NCBI GenBank assembly: GCA_963796275.1
Contig: CAWCKY010000006.1
Span: 960,001 to 1,024,000 of the forward strand
Direction of reading: 5' to 3'
DNA length: 64,000 nucleotides
Source of the DNA: an uncultured Acidobacteriota bacterium
GTDB taxonomy: Bacteria > Acidobacteriota > Blastocatellia > RBC074
The translations under genes were made by a program, and so were the position numbers. The notes below the pieces were generated by a model. It saw only the letters and a list, made by a program, of their open reading frames with translations, was not told the origin of the DNA and did not search any database. Positions 32,363 through 43,839 of the stretch are shown here, piece after piece (the stretch's first letter is position 1; each line of letters opens with the position of its first letter).

Positions 32363-33439
32363 TTATTGATCGACCTTGTCCGGGATTGCCTGTAGCTTTT
32401 CCGCGATCGAGAACTCACGTTTGGCCTCATCGGTACGCCCGGTTTGTTGAAGGACCTGGCCCAGCATGTAATGGGCCGATTTATTGTTCGGATCGAATTG
32501 AATTGCGCGTTTGAGCATTCCTTCGGCGGAAGGTAGGTTCTTCTTTTTCAGGTAGGCTTTCCCGAGCAGAATGTAAGGGCCGCTATAGTACGGATTCAGC
32601 CAGACCGATTTTTGCAAGGGTGTGATCGCCTCGTCCCATTTCAGTTGCCGGATGTAAGCGTCGCCGAGTTTGTAGTATGCCATCGCGTTACCGGGATTGA
32701 GCGCGATCTCTTTCTCCAGCAGACTGATTCCTTCGTCATAACGCGAGCGGTAGATGGCAATCTGCCCGAGGATGTAATGGGCTTGAGGCAGTTTTGGATC
32801 TTTTTCGACTGCCTGTTTCAACTCGGTCTCCGCGAACTCTACTAAATCCATGCGGATCATCATCTGCGCGGTGAGCAGGTGCGCAGCGGCGGATTCAGGA
32901 GCGACGCGGAACATCTGCGCAAACGAACCGCGCGCCTTCGCCGGCTGGCGCGTCTGGATGAAAGCCATTCCGAGCGCGTAACTCAGTTCAGTGTTGTCGG
33001 GTGCCCAGGCTCGGGTCTGTTCGAGGAAGGGAATCGCCTCGGCGATCTGGCCGGTGAGGTAGCGGGCCAGCCCGAGCACCTGAACGGTCTCCCGCCGTTC
33101 GATGGATTCGGGGGATAACTGATCGACGATGGGTGAAAGCGTTGCGATTGCGCGCGGCAGATCGTTTGCGTGGTAGTACGCGACGCCAATCAGTTGCGCG
33201 ACTCGAGGGGCTTTGATGTCAGGTAATGATTGCAATTTGGCGATCGCTGCTTTGGGATTGCCGTCGTTGATGAGTGCGCGCGCTTCGGAGAGAGTAGCTG
33301 CAAGTGAATCCGGCTGTTCCTGTGCAGACGCCGGCTTTGCTGAAAATAGAAAAAGGAAACAGAAAAAGCAAAAAGTGGCAAAACGTGGCAAAAAGGCAAT
33401 CATCCTTGGATTATTGCTCCTTTTGCTCCGTTTTGCCAC
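32363..33439 (-). CDS. Exported TPR-repeat protein
   Basis: Signal peptide ending ASA-Q and multiple TPRs (AHYILG, AYYKLG, AHYMLG). Lies 16 bp downstream of the receptor gene. Alternative start at 33403. Confidence 0.88.
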   Translation of the reverse strand: MAKRSKRSNNPRMIAFLPRFATFCFFCFLFLFSAKPASAQEQPDSLAATLSEARALINDGNPKAAIAKLQSLPDIKAPRVAQLIGVAYYHANDLPRAIATLSPIVDQLSPESIERRETVQVLGLARYLTGQIAEAIPFLEQTRAWAPDNTELSYALGMAFIQTRQPAKARGSFAQMFRVAPESAAAHLLTAQMMIRMDLVEFAETELKQAVEKDPKLPQAHYILGQIAIYRSRYDEGISLLEKEIALNPGNAMAYYKLGDAYIRQLKWDEAITPLQKSVWLNPYYSGPYILLGKAYLKKKNLPSAEGMLKRAIQFDPNNKSAHYMLGQVLQQTGRTDEAKREFSIAEKLQAIPDKVDQ

Positions 33440-33455
33440 TTATGTTTCCAGCCCT

Positions 33456-36400
33456 TTAGAAGCTGAACCTGAGCCCGAACTGGACGTTGCGCATCAGGTC
33501 AGATCCGTCGTAGGCGACATTGCTGATCACGCCAAAATTGGAGCTATCCCGATTTGCGGCGGGGTTACCCCTGTTGACCTGATTGAAAAAGTTCACCGCC
33601 TCGACCCGGAATTCCAATTCCTTGCTCTCCGAGAACCTCATCTTTTTGAAGAGCGATGCGTCGGTCCGCCAGTAACCTGGCCCGCGGAAAGCATTGCGCC
33701 TGAGGTTACCAAATGTGCCCACGGCAGGAGTTGTAAAGACCGAAAGATCAGCCGTGTAACTATTCCCTGACAACTCGAAGTTTGGATCGCCGTTGATGTT
33801 CGGACGACTCGGCCCGGTGTCACTAATTCCTGCGTTGTTGAATGTGACGTTGAATGGCAGTCCACTCTGGATCGTCGTGTTCGAATTGAACTGCCAGCCG
33901 CCGACTACCCAATCCAGTGAACGGGAAACTCCATTGAAGTATCGCCGCCCTCTGCCGATGGGTAATTCCCACACCTGTGAAAAGACGAAGTTGTGTTTGC
34001 GGTTCCAATCCGCTATGCCGCGGCTAAGCTCCCGATCGATGAAGAAATAGTCGCCGCCATCCTGAACCGCGCGCTGTAAGGTGTAGTGGGCCAGGATCGA
34101 ATAGCCCTTCGAAAAACGCTTCTCGACCTTAGTCTGCCATGAATCGTAGCGGTTATCGGCGCAGTTGCAGAAATAGCGAAAATCCTGCGTCCAGCCGAAC
34201 TGGTTAAAGAAAGGCTTGCGATTGTTGAACGGTATGGTGCCGAAGCCTTCCAGGGTCGCCTGGTTGTTGTTCGAATCGGGACCATCGCCGGCGAAGACGT
34301 GAGTTCCCTTGTTGCCGACGTACCCGGTCTCGAGGGATACGGTGTCGGTGACTTGCCATTGTACCGTCGCGTTGTAAGCGTCGACCGAAGGCAGCCGCTG
34401 CTTGGACGGCAAGACGAAAGATCGTACGCCATCCGGCAGGAAGAATCGCCCGTTCGCCGGCATCGAGGTGTTTGGCGTCCCGCCTTGATTCGGGGGGGCA
34501 TTCAGGCCGAAGAAGTTGGGTAGACCCGGCGGCCCTTGATCGAGCGTGAAGACGCGTGCGAAGTCCGGGGCATTCAGATTCTGGATCGCCAGCACCGGTA
34601 AATTCTGCGTCACTGAGTGGCCGAAAAGCGAACCGAAAACCCCGATGTCATAGCTGCGGCCATAACCGACGCGCACCACCAATCTGTCGGTAGCCCTGTA
34701 CGCGAGAGCGACGCGCGGAGCGAAATTGACGCTGTTCTGGATATTGCCAGACATATTGACATCGCCAATGCCCGGCACCAGCACCTCGCCGGTGTCCTGA
34801 TTGAGGAACCCGCCATTACCGGGTTGGTTGAGCGTCTGGGGGTTGATGATGTCGAGGCGCAGCCCGTAGTTGAACGTCAGCTTCTGGTTGACGCGCCAGG
34901 AGTCCTGACCGTAGTAGAAGTGGCGCCACTGTCGCTCGCGCGCGTTAAAGTTAGTGCTGATGTAACGATTGAAGGTCGTCACGTCGCCGAGCAGAAAGGT
35001 CGCCATACCGAGACCGCCGCCACTCACTCCACGCGTGCGGTTATTGGAGAATGTCAGCTCGCCGGCGCGATGCGAATCGCTAGGTATGCGCAGGTTGTAT
35101 GCCCGACGCACGTCCACGCCGAATTTGAGCGTGTGGTTGCCCATGAACTTGGTCGTATTGCTCACGAACTGGAATTGATTCTCATCCTGATCGAGAGGGC
35201 AGTTACAGCGGTTGACGCCGAGACCGGAACCGAACTCAAACCGATTATCATCGGTGGCGCCCGGCTGCTCGATGAACCCGGCAAATAGGCCGGAGGAGAA
35301 ATCATCAAGGTTCAGGCCAGGGACGCCGACATCGGTCGCAGAAGTCAGGCCGAAATCGAAAGGCAATACGTTGACCTTATAGCGGAAGAACCCGAAGCGG
35401 AAATCGGTCACCAGAGTCGACGACAAGGTATAATCCAAACCGAAAGCGACGCTATGGTTGCGTACCTTGGATGTGCCGCCGAGCGTTACAATTTCGTGGC
35501 CTCCTGCCTGACCGAAAGCTGATGGGCCTACGCGGCTGAAGTCGGCGAAGCTGTATCGGCCGAAGAGATTGAGTTTATCTGATATCTTACCGTCGCCGCG
35601 GAAATCGATACTGTCCTTGTCGAATCCCTCGATGCCCGACGCCACATAGTTGTTAATCGTTCCGTTATTCTGGCCCGCCGCATTCGGCAATGGGATCAAT
35701 TGCAAAATGTTGAGCGCTTGTTGCGAGATGCGCCCCATCGGTATGCTGTTTCCAGCAAACTGAGTGCGAGAAACGAGGTTGCCCATGGCACCGACGACAG
35801 ACGTATCCGGATCATAGATGTTCACGCCATACGCGCTCAGATCCCCATTGCGGGCACCTATCGTTGGCACCGTCAGCAGACGTGAGCCTCCGGTCTTGCT
35901 GCGAATCCCGTCATAGTCGCCAAAGAAGAAAACACGATTCTTGATGATCGGACCACCGATGGCGCCCCCGAATTGATTGCGCAATGTGTCAGGAATGAAT
36001 TGGCCGGTCACGGAATCTCGTTGAGTTTGCGAGAAAGGATTGCGTGCTTGAAGCTGATCGTTCCGTCGGAAGCCGTATACAGCACCGTGCAGGTCGTTCG
36101 TTCCCGATTTCGTCGAAACCGACACAACGCCGGCTATCGCCTGGCCAAATTCAGCGTCGTAGTTCTGCGACGTGATCTTGGTTTCGCCGATCGCCTCGAA
36201 ATTCGGGTTTACGACGATGATGCCGAGAATCGGGTCGCGGTTCTCGGTGCCGTCCAGCTGATACCCGGTGCCGCTGAAATGCTGCCCGTTGACCATGGTC
36301 TGGGTCGAACCCTGCGGGTTTTCACTGGCGGCGTGTTGAAAGCCGAGTTGCTGTGTGCCCGGAGTCAGCAGAATGAACTTGGTGAAATTGCGGTCCAATA

Positions 36401-36851
36401 TCGGCAGGTCAGTCACCTGTTTCGTCTCGAAGGTGACCGCCACATCGGCGCGGTCGGTCTTCAATACCGGCGCGGCAGCCGTGATCGTAATCTCTTCCGA
36501 GAGCTGACCCGCTTGCAGCTGGATGTTCGACTCGGTGGCTCTGTCTACGTTGACGACCACTGGTTCGACCACCGTAGATTTGAATCCGGTGGCTTCGATT
36601 TTGATCCGATATGTTCCGGGAATTAGCCGAGTCTGATTGAAATTTCCCGACTCGTTGCTCTTCACCGTCTCGGTCACGTTCGTGTTTATATTAGTGATCG
36701 TGAGAGTCGCACCCGGTACTACACCGCCTGATGTATCGGTCACGATGCCGAAGATGCTTCCATATACCGCCTGCCCGAATGAGGCGGTCGCCAGCGCTAT
36801 GCAGATGGACAAGCTAATTGCGAAGAGAGAGAACTTCTCGATCGCTCTCAT
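33456..36851 (-). CDS. TonB-dependent/Oar-like receptor (1131 aa)
   Basis: Signal peptide, CarboxypepD_reg-like domain, LPILDRNF, YDAEFG...TKSGTN, QDSWRV, and C-terminal QFGLRFSF. Confidence 0.92.
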   Translation of the reverse strand: MRAIEKFSLFAISLSICIALATASFGQAVYGSIFGIVTDTSGGVVPGATLTITNINTNVTETVKSNESGNFNQTRLIPGTYRIKIEATGFKSTVVEPVVVNVDRATESNIQLQAGQLSEEITITAAAPVLKTDRADVAVTFETKQVTDLPILDRNFTKFILLTPGTQQLGFQHAASENPQGSTQTMVNGQHFSGTGYQLDGTENRDPILGIIVVNPNFEAIGETKITSQNYDAEFGQAIAGVVSVSTKSGTNDLHGAVYGFRRNDQLQARNPFSQTQRDSVTGQFIPDTLRNQFGGAIGGPIIKNRVFFFGDYDGIRSKTGGSRLLTVPTIGARNGDLSAYGVNIYDPDTSVVGAMGNLVSRTQFAGNSIPMGRISQQALNILQLIPLPNAAGQNNGTINNYVASGIEGFDKDSIDFRGDGKISDKLNLFGRYSFADFSRVGPSAFGQAGGHEIVTLGGTSKVRNHSVAFGLDYTLSSTLVTDFRFGFFRYKVNVLPFDFGLTSATDVGVPGLNLDDFSSGLFAGFIEQPGATDDNRFEFGSGLGVNRCNCPLDQDENQFQFVSNTTKFMGNHTLKFGVDVRRAYNLRIPSDSHRAGELTFSNNRTRGVSGGGLGMATFLLGDVTTFNRYISTNFNARERQWRHFYYGQDSWRVNQKLTFNYGLRLDIINPQTLNQPGNGGFLNQDTGEVLVPGIGDVNMSGNIQNSVNFAPRVALAYRATDRLVVRVGYGRSYDIGVFGSLFGHSVTQNLPVLAIQNLNAPDFARVFTLDQGPPGLPNFFGLNAPPNQGGTPNTSMPANGRFFLPDGVRSFVLPSKQRLPSVDAYNATVQWQVTDTVSLETGYVGNKGTHVFAGDGPDSNNNQATLEGFGTIPFNNRKPFFNQFGWTQDFRYFCNCADNRYDSWQTKVEKRFSKGYSILAHYTLQRAVQDGGDYFFIDRELSRGIADWNRKHNFVFSQVWELPIGRGRRYFNGVSRSLDWVVGGWQFNSNTTIQSGLPFNVTFNNAGISDTGPSRPNINGDPNFELSGNSYTADLSVFTTPAVGTFGNLRRNAFRGPGYWRTDASLFKKMRFSESKELEFRVEAVNFFNQVNRGNPAANRDSSNFGVISNVAYDGSDLMRNVQFGLRFSF

Positions 36852-37254
36852 AAGATTTCCCTCCTGTTCTTAATCAGCGCAACCCGTACCGGCTGCGCTG
36901 ATCAGTCAGTCAGTTGTTTCGTTAATGATTATGTTGAACAGAATTTGCAAATCCCAGCAAAGCTTGATTTTTTTATGAGTCGCCACAAGCTTTCAATTTT
37001 GGTGTCAATGATTTGAAATGTATTGAACGGATTGAAAGTTTTATCAGGGCCTAATTTTAGATCCTTTTTAGATCAGGGCTGTGAAATTCTTTTTCAATAA
37101 ATTTGGCGACTCGAACAGAATAGTTGGTGAATGCTTGCTTTGACAGTTACTGGAAGTATAATACGGTTACGTCCTTCATTATCATTATGTTATACGACAT
37201 GTAACGCGGCGTTAAATGGACGTTACAGATAGAGATGTAACGTTGTTGTAGCAG

Positions 37255-38715
37255 ATGCAAATCCCTAAGGAAGAAAAACTTACGCAATTGGACAAGATCT
37301 TGCACGGGCGTTCTCTGCAAGGATCGGAAAATCTCAAAGCTTTCCTGAGGTTTGTGGTTGATCGAGCGATTGAGGGGCAGGAGAGCCAGCTGAAAGAGTA
37401 TGTCATAGCGACGGAGGTTTTTGGCCGCGGGAAGGCCTTCGATTCGCGAATCGACTCGGCTGTCCGGGTTCAGGCTGGAAGGCTCAGGACGAAGCTCCAG
37501 GAGTATTACGCGACCGAGGGAAAAGAAGACGAAATCGTCATCGACTTACCGAAGGGCCAATACACTCCGGTCTTCTCGTATGCTCGCAAAACTTATGAGC
37601 AGGAATTAAGTGAGGGAGCCTCTCCGCCCCCCGTTTTGCCGGCGAGTGATCCACCGGTATCGATCGCCACGCAAATCTCACCGCTCAAACAAAAAGATTC
37701 ATCTCGCGTGACGGCGGAGGGCAATTGGCGCGAGGGCAAACGCTCGACCGGGCCGCGCACCATCTGGCGAAGGATGAGCACGGTAGTCGCTTTCGTTTCA
37801 TTGTTGCTATCGATCTTGTTTGGCTTCTTAACGCTTCATTATCGGGCGAAGTCCGCCGAGGATTCGTTTTTATTCGGGTTTTCCGGAGAGACGGAAATAC
37901 TAGACCGGGGTGTGATCGAACCGCTGTGGGGGGATTTTTTGAACTCGCCCGAACCGGTGCTGGTGGTATACAGCAACACGCTCTTCAAGGGCACAGCCGA
38001 AGAGGGGATGAAGCTCCTCAAATCTCTCGATGCCCCGGGCAGCAGTCTCGGCTCGCCCGTGATCCCGCAGAGCGAGACGGAGCAAGTCCGGGAGCCGGTG
38101 ATCGATCTCTACACTGGCATCGGCGAAGTGATGGGAGCTTATTATCTGGGGGATTTCTTCGCGAGGGTACGCCACGCTTCTCGAGTCAAACGCAGTCTGC
38201 TGCTGACCTGGGAAGAGGTGAAGACTCAGAATGTCGTGGTTCTCGGTTCGCCGGCGGAGAATCTCTTCCTGCGCGACCTGCCTCAGAAGCAGGACTTCAT
38301 ATTCAAGCCTATTTTGCCGGATGCCACAGATTTTCATTATAAGGGGAAGAAAATCTTCGGCATCGTCAACACAAAACCTCGGCCGGGCGAGCAGGAATTT
38401 TACCTGGCTAAACAGGATGGCCCGTCGCGCAGCCAGATATCGGAAGATTTTGCGGTCGTGAGCCTGCTCGAAGGCTTGAATGGCGGCAACAGCCTGTTGA
38501 TCCTCGCGGGTATAACTACTATCGGTACGCAGGCCTCGGTCGAATATGTGACCAAACCCGACTACATGCGCGATCTGATCAGGCACCTGAACACGGCGCC
38601 GGCCGGCAGCCCGCCGAAATTGCCCGACAATTATCAAGTATTATTGCGGGTTAAGGTGAATGGAGGGGTTCCGGTGCAGGTCTCTTATGTAACTCACCAC
38701 GTGTTGAATCAGTAA
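37255..38715 (+). CDS. Membrane-anchored one-component regulator (N-terminal wHTH-like domain, single TM, periplasmic domain)
   Basis: FLRFVV...LKEYVIATEVFGR...DSAVRVQAGRLRTKLQEYY...IDLPKGQYTPVF, a Pro-rich linker, and TM VVAFVSLLLSILFGFL. Divergent from the receptor operon. Confidence 0.75.
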   Translation: MQIPKEEKLTQLDKILHGRSLQGSENLKAFLRFVVDRAIEGQESQLKEYVIATEVFGRGKAFDSRIDSAVRVQAGRLRTKLQEYYATEGKEDEIVIDLPKGQYTPVFSYARKTYEQELSEGASPPPVLPASDPPVSIATQISPLKQKDSSRVTAEGNWREGKRSTGPRTIWRRMSTVVAFVSLLLSILFGFLTLHYRAKSAEDSFLFGFSGETEILDRGVIEPLWGDFLNSPEPVLVVYSNTLFKGTAEEGMKLLKSLDAPGSSLGSPVIPQSETEQVREPVIDLYTGIGEVMGAYYLGDFFARVRHASRVKRSLLLTWEEVKTQNVVVLGSPAENLFLRDLPQKQDFIFKPILPDATDFHYKGKKIFGIVNTKPRPGEQEFYLAKQDGPSRSQISEDFAVVSLLEGLNGGNSLLILAGITTIGTQASVEYVTKPDYMRDLIRHLNTAPAGSPPKLPDNYQVLLRVKVNGGVPVQVSYVTHHVLNQ

Positions 38716-38827
38716 CACATAAGAATAGGAAATCAAAAGTACGAAGAATAAAATAAGCTTCCGGTCTATTTGTTTTCTGACCATGGTTGCATTCTTTCTG
38801 TCACTTCTTATGGATTACAGAGGGCCG

Positions 38828-41569
38828 CTATTTCTGACCTAGGTCGAGCTGAACGGTTTGCCGCAGATAGCCGCCGCCTTCCGTTTCAGGCATTGATATG
38901 CCAAGGATGGTTTCATATGACGAACCTTGATTGGTGAGACTCGGTTTTATCTCGGCGTTGGTTGCCTTAAGGATCGGCTTTCGACTTCGTATATGAAGTT
39001 GATATGTGCGACCGCCGCGCCCCTCAATGACGACATGAACAATGTTGCCGTCGACTCTGGTACTGAGGAGCTTGAGCGATTGCGATTTGTCGCCGGGGCG
39101 TGCGTTCAATCGTTCGGTCGAGACCTCTATGCCCGGTAAATAGTTGACAGCAACGTTCATTTGATTCGGGCTCTCGGCGCCGGATGTGATACGGAATCGA
39201 CCGGCGATGTGATGCGAGCTGCGAATCACATCGAATTTACGATCCTGGCCATCGCCTTTCACATTGAGGATCACACTCTCAGGAGGAAATGCCAATTCAA
39301 AAGAGAACTCTGTTCTTGAGGATGAAGGTTGCAATCGATTGGCGGTCAGATAGAGGGTTCGGACTCCTGCGGCCGTATCGAAAGGTGATTTTTTCATCAC
39401 TATATTCCATTTTTGGTCCCCCAGTCGAAAGTTGTTGACCGTTACCTCGTCCCATGAAGCCGGGATTTGCGGAGCCACGATTATCCGGTTGCCGGTCGCT
39501 TCAGCTTCAAGCCCCAACAATCCCCGCACCAAAGGGGTTACCACCATGGCACAGCTCCATATCTGATGATGGCTGCTGCGGCCGAATGCTTGATTGAAAT
39601 CTCCCGACAGCAACTCGGTCACATAACCGAGCGCATTATCGTAAGTCAGCTGGGCGTTTGCCATCAGATAGTCGTAACCGATCTGCGGGCGGTGATATCG
39701 ATAAGCGGCCATTGAAGCCCAACCCGTAAACAGGGGCCAGACCGACCCGTAGTGATAACTCAGCGGGTCATAGATCGGGCTTTGATTCGACAAGATTCGC
39801 GCGCCCCAATCGGCGCTCATCTCCGCTCCGCCGATTCGATCGAGCATCCGATCGGCGCGCATATCATCGAGTAATCCCCACCACATCGGCACCGCGGGCA
39901 GCACAGTCGCCTCGTCTATCAGCTTCGATTCGCGCAATTCCTTCATCCGCGTTTTGACGGCAGGATTTTTTTCGTTCAGTTCCTCGTCGCCCGGTTCGCC
40001 GCGCGGTTGATTCGTGGCGAAGGCGTAAATCTGTTTCGCGTCGACCCAGTAGACCCGTTCGACTGTTTGCCGGACCCGGTCGGCCTGTTGTTTCGCTTCC
40101 TCCGCCAGCTTCGCATCCACGCCGAGCGCGCCGGCCATCATAGCCAGCGAGCGGAGTGCCTCTATCCATAGGCCCTGCTGATAAATCTCTTCGTGCGCCG
40201 GGTAGAGCCTGCCGCCTTCGACCCACCCGTGGCCGAATTTTGTATTTTCGATGAGCGAATTGCCGTCGGTGTCGGTTGCGAGCGAGAAGCGATAGGCCTT
40301 GAGAATCGAGTCCCAGCTCGCTCGCGTGAACTCGCGATCGCCGCTCGCGCGCAGGTAGTCGGCGTGCGCGATGAGGTAGAGCGGCGTCGCATCTGCGCTG
40401 GCCCACGGATAGATGTAATCGGAAAACCACGGAATCAAGCCGGCCGATTGCGAAATTTCATGCGGAATCTTCCCGTCCGCGCGTTGCACCTTCTTTAAAA
40501 ACGCGAGCGACGTTTTCGTTGCGTCAAAATCGCCATACGAATTGATCGCGAAACTCGTCCACAATGAGTCACGGCCGAAGTACCAGGCGAAGCCGGGCCG
40601 CTCGCTATTGCCAGATGTGCGAAAGCCGGCGACCAGGCCAGTACCGAGATATGGGTTGGTCGCCAGTCCTTTATCGATACCGACTTTCGCCCACGCGAAC
40701 GCCGTATTCAATCGTTCATCCGGCGTCGTGATGCTCAAGGTCTCTTCGTTCACCCGGCGATAATGGGCGACCGTCTGTTCATAGAGCGGCCGAATGTTGT
40801 TGAGCAATTTTTGATATGTCACGCGCGCTTTCGACCTCCCCTCGACGCTCCCCGAGATCACGATCGGAATGTAGCTTTTTCTGAGGGAATCGTCAGTGAG
40901 ATCGAGGACAAATCTCGTCGGCACATCGCGCGGTTCCTCCTGGTAAGGCATCACCGAAACATCCCTGAGCGCCGGTGACCCTATGATGCCGGCGAAGCGA
41001 TTCGATTCTTCGACGATGTAATAGGCCTTCTCTTTTCTGTTGAAATCGACATTGCCGGTCATCAGGCCGGCGGGCCACATCAGGCTCAGCTTCGGGCGGA
41101 AGGAGCCGATCACCTCTATCGGCAGGGCGCTTTCGATGTCGAGCAAAATCACGATGCCGGGTTCGTCGATCGGGGCGAAGATTGTCTCGCGGACGGTGAA
41201 GGCCGCGTGCGAGTATGTAAATGTCGTCGCTTCCGGCCGGACATTGATTCGGGTGAGTATGTCCGCGCCTTCGAATGCGAGCGGATAGCCTTCTATCTTG
41301 AACGACAGTTGAAAATCATCGGCAATCTTCAACGGGTAAACCCAGGTTTCCATTCCGCGGTGCTCGTAGCCGAGAGCTACTGCGCGGCGGCCGGCGACAT
41401 CGAAGAATGAGCCGGATTGTGTACGCCGTTCCAGTTCGAGCCCGCTTTTGGGAAAAGCGAACTTCGGCGGTAGCCCTTGCTTTGGCGCAGTTTGTGACTG
41501 GCTGGCAGCCGCCATAGTGGCCAATAACGAGAGGGCGATAACGAAATGGGCGAAGGGATTACTTTTCAA
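38828..41569 (-). CDS. Exported six-hairpin glycosidase (amylo-alpha-1,6-glucosidase/GDE_C-like)
   Basis: WYFGRDSLW, GKIPHE, ADATPLY, YHYGSVWP and VTELLSG. TTG start at 41569 with a GGAG SD and a signal peptide. Confidence 0.8.
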   Translation of the reverse strand: MKSNPFAHFVIALSLLATMAAASQSQTAPKQGLPPKFAFPKSGLELERRTQSGSFFDVAGRRAVALGYEHRGMETWVYPLKIADDFQLSFKIEGYPLAFEGADILTRINVRPEATTFTYSHAAFTVRETIFAPIDEPGIVILLDIESALPIEVIGSFRPKLSLMWPAGLMTGNVDFNRKEKAYYIVEESNRFAGIIGSPALRDVSVMPYQEEPRDVPTRFVLDLTDDSLRKSYIPIVISGSVEGRSKARVTYQKLLNNIRPLYEQTVAHYRRVNEETLSITTPDERLNTAFAWAKVGIDKGLATNPYLGTGLVAGFRTSGNSERPGFAWYFGRDSLWTSFAINSYGDFDATKTSLAFLKKVQRADGKIPHEISQSAGLIPWFSDYIYPWASADATPLYLIAHADYLRASGDREFTRASWDSILKAYRFSLATDTDGNSLIENTKFGHGWVEGGRLYPAHEEIYQQGLWIEALRSLAMMAGALGVDAKLAEEAKQQADRVRQTVERVYWVDAKQIYAFATNQPRGEPGDEELNEKNPAVKTRMKELRESKLIDEATVLPAVPMWWGLLDDMRADRMLDRIGGAEMSADWGARILSNQSPIYDPLSYHYGSVWPLFTGWASMAAYRYHRPQIGYDYLMANAQLTYDNALGYVTELLSGDFNQAFGRSSHHQIWSCAMVVTPLVRGLLGLEAEATGNRIIVAPQIPASWDEVTVNNFRLGDQKWNIVMKKSPFDTAAGVRTLYLTANRLQPSSSRTEFSFELAFPPESVILNVKGDGQDRKFDVIRSSHHIAGRFRITSGAESPNQMNVAVNYLPGIEVSTERLNARPGDKSQSLKLLSTRVDGNIVHVVIEGRGGRTYQLHIRSRKPILKATNAEIKPSLTNQGSSYETILGISMPETEGGGYLRQTVQLDLGQK

Positions 41570-41721
41570 GGCGTGCTCCAGTCGGAAGTAGGAAAAGACT
41601 CTATAACCCAAGCTAATGCGACATCTTCAATGGACTCGTCAAGCGAAACCGGTGAATAGGCATTACCATACTCGTGCTCTGGGTTCCATTTGCAGGATCC
41701 TCGGATTATATTGTCGCCATT

Positions 41722-43518
<1,797 letters not shown>

Positions 43519-43533
43519 GTGAAGCAATAACTG

Positions 43534-43768
43534 AGAGTGAGAATAAAAGGTCATTGAAATCAACAATATCGGTACTGAGCGCCAGGGGCGCGGGATGTAT
43601 ATAGAACTAATTCTCCAACTTCTCGCAAGCTCCGGAGGAGCGAAATATGAATGCCAGTATGTCGCTCCGGAGCTTGCGAGAACCTGGGTAGTCGAACGCT
43701 ATATACATCAGGCTCCTCCGGAGCCAATCAGAAACTATTGATAATGACAAACTTTAATTTTGCACAGT
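43534..43768. repeat. MITE/REP-like element, second copy of the element nested at ~11610-11808
   Basis: Shared AATAAAAG..ATTG.AATCA.CA...TCGG..CTGAGCGCC left flank, CTCCGGAG palindromes, and ACTATTGAT...TTTAATTT(T)GCACA right flank. Confidence 0.72.
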
Positions 43769-43839
43769 CCTTAAATTACTGCGCGAACTTGCGTCTCGCT
43801 CGCAGTCTAAAGAGACCGCAAACCTCCATACTGATTGCA

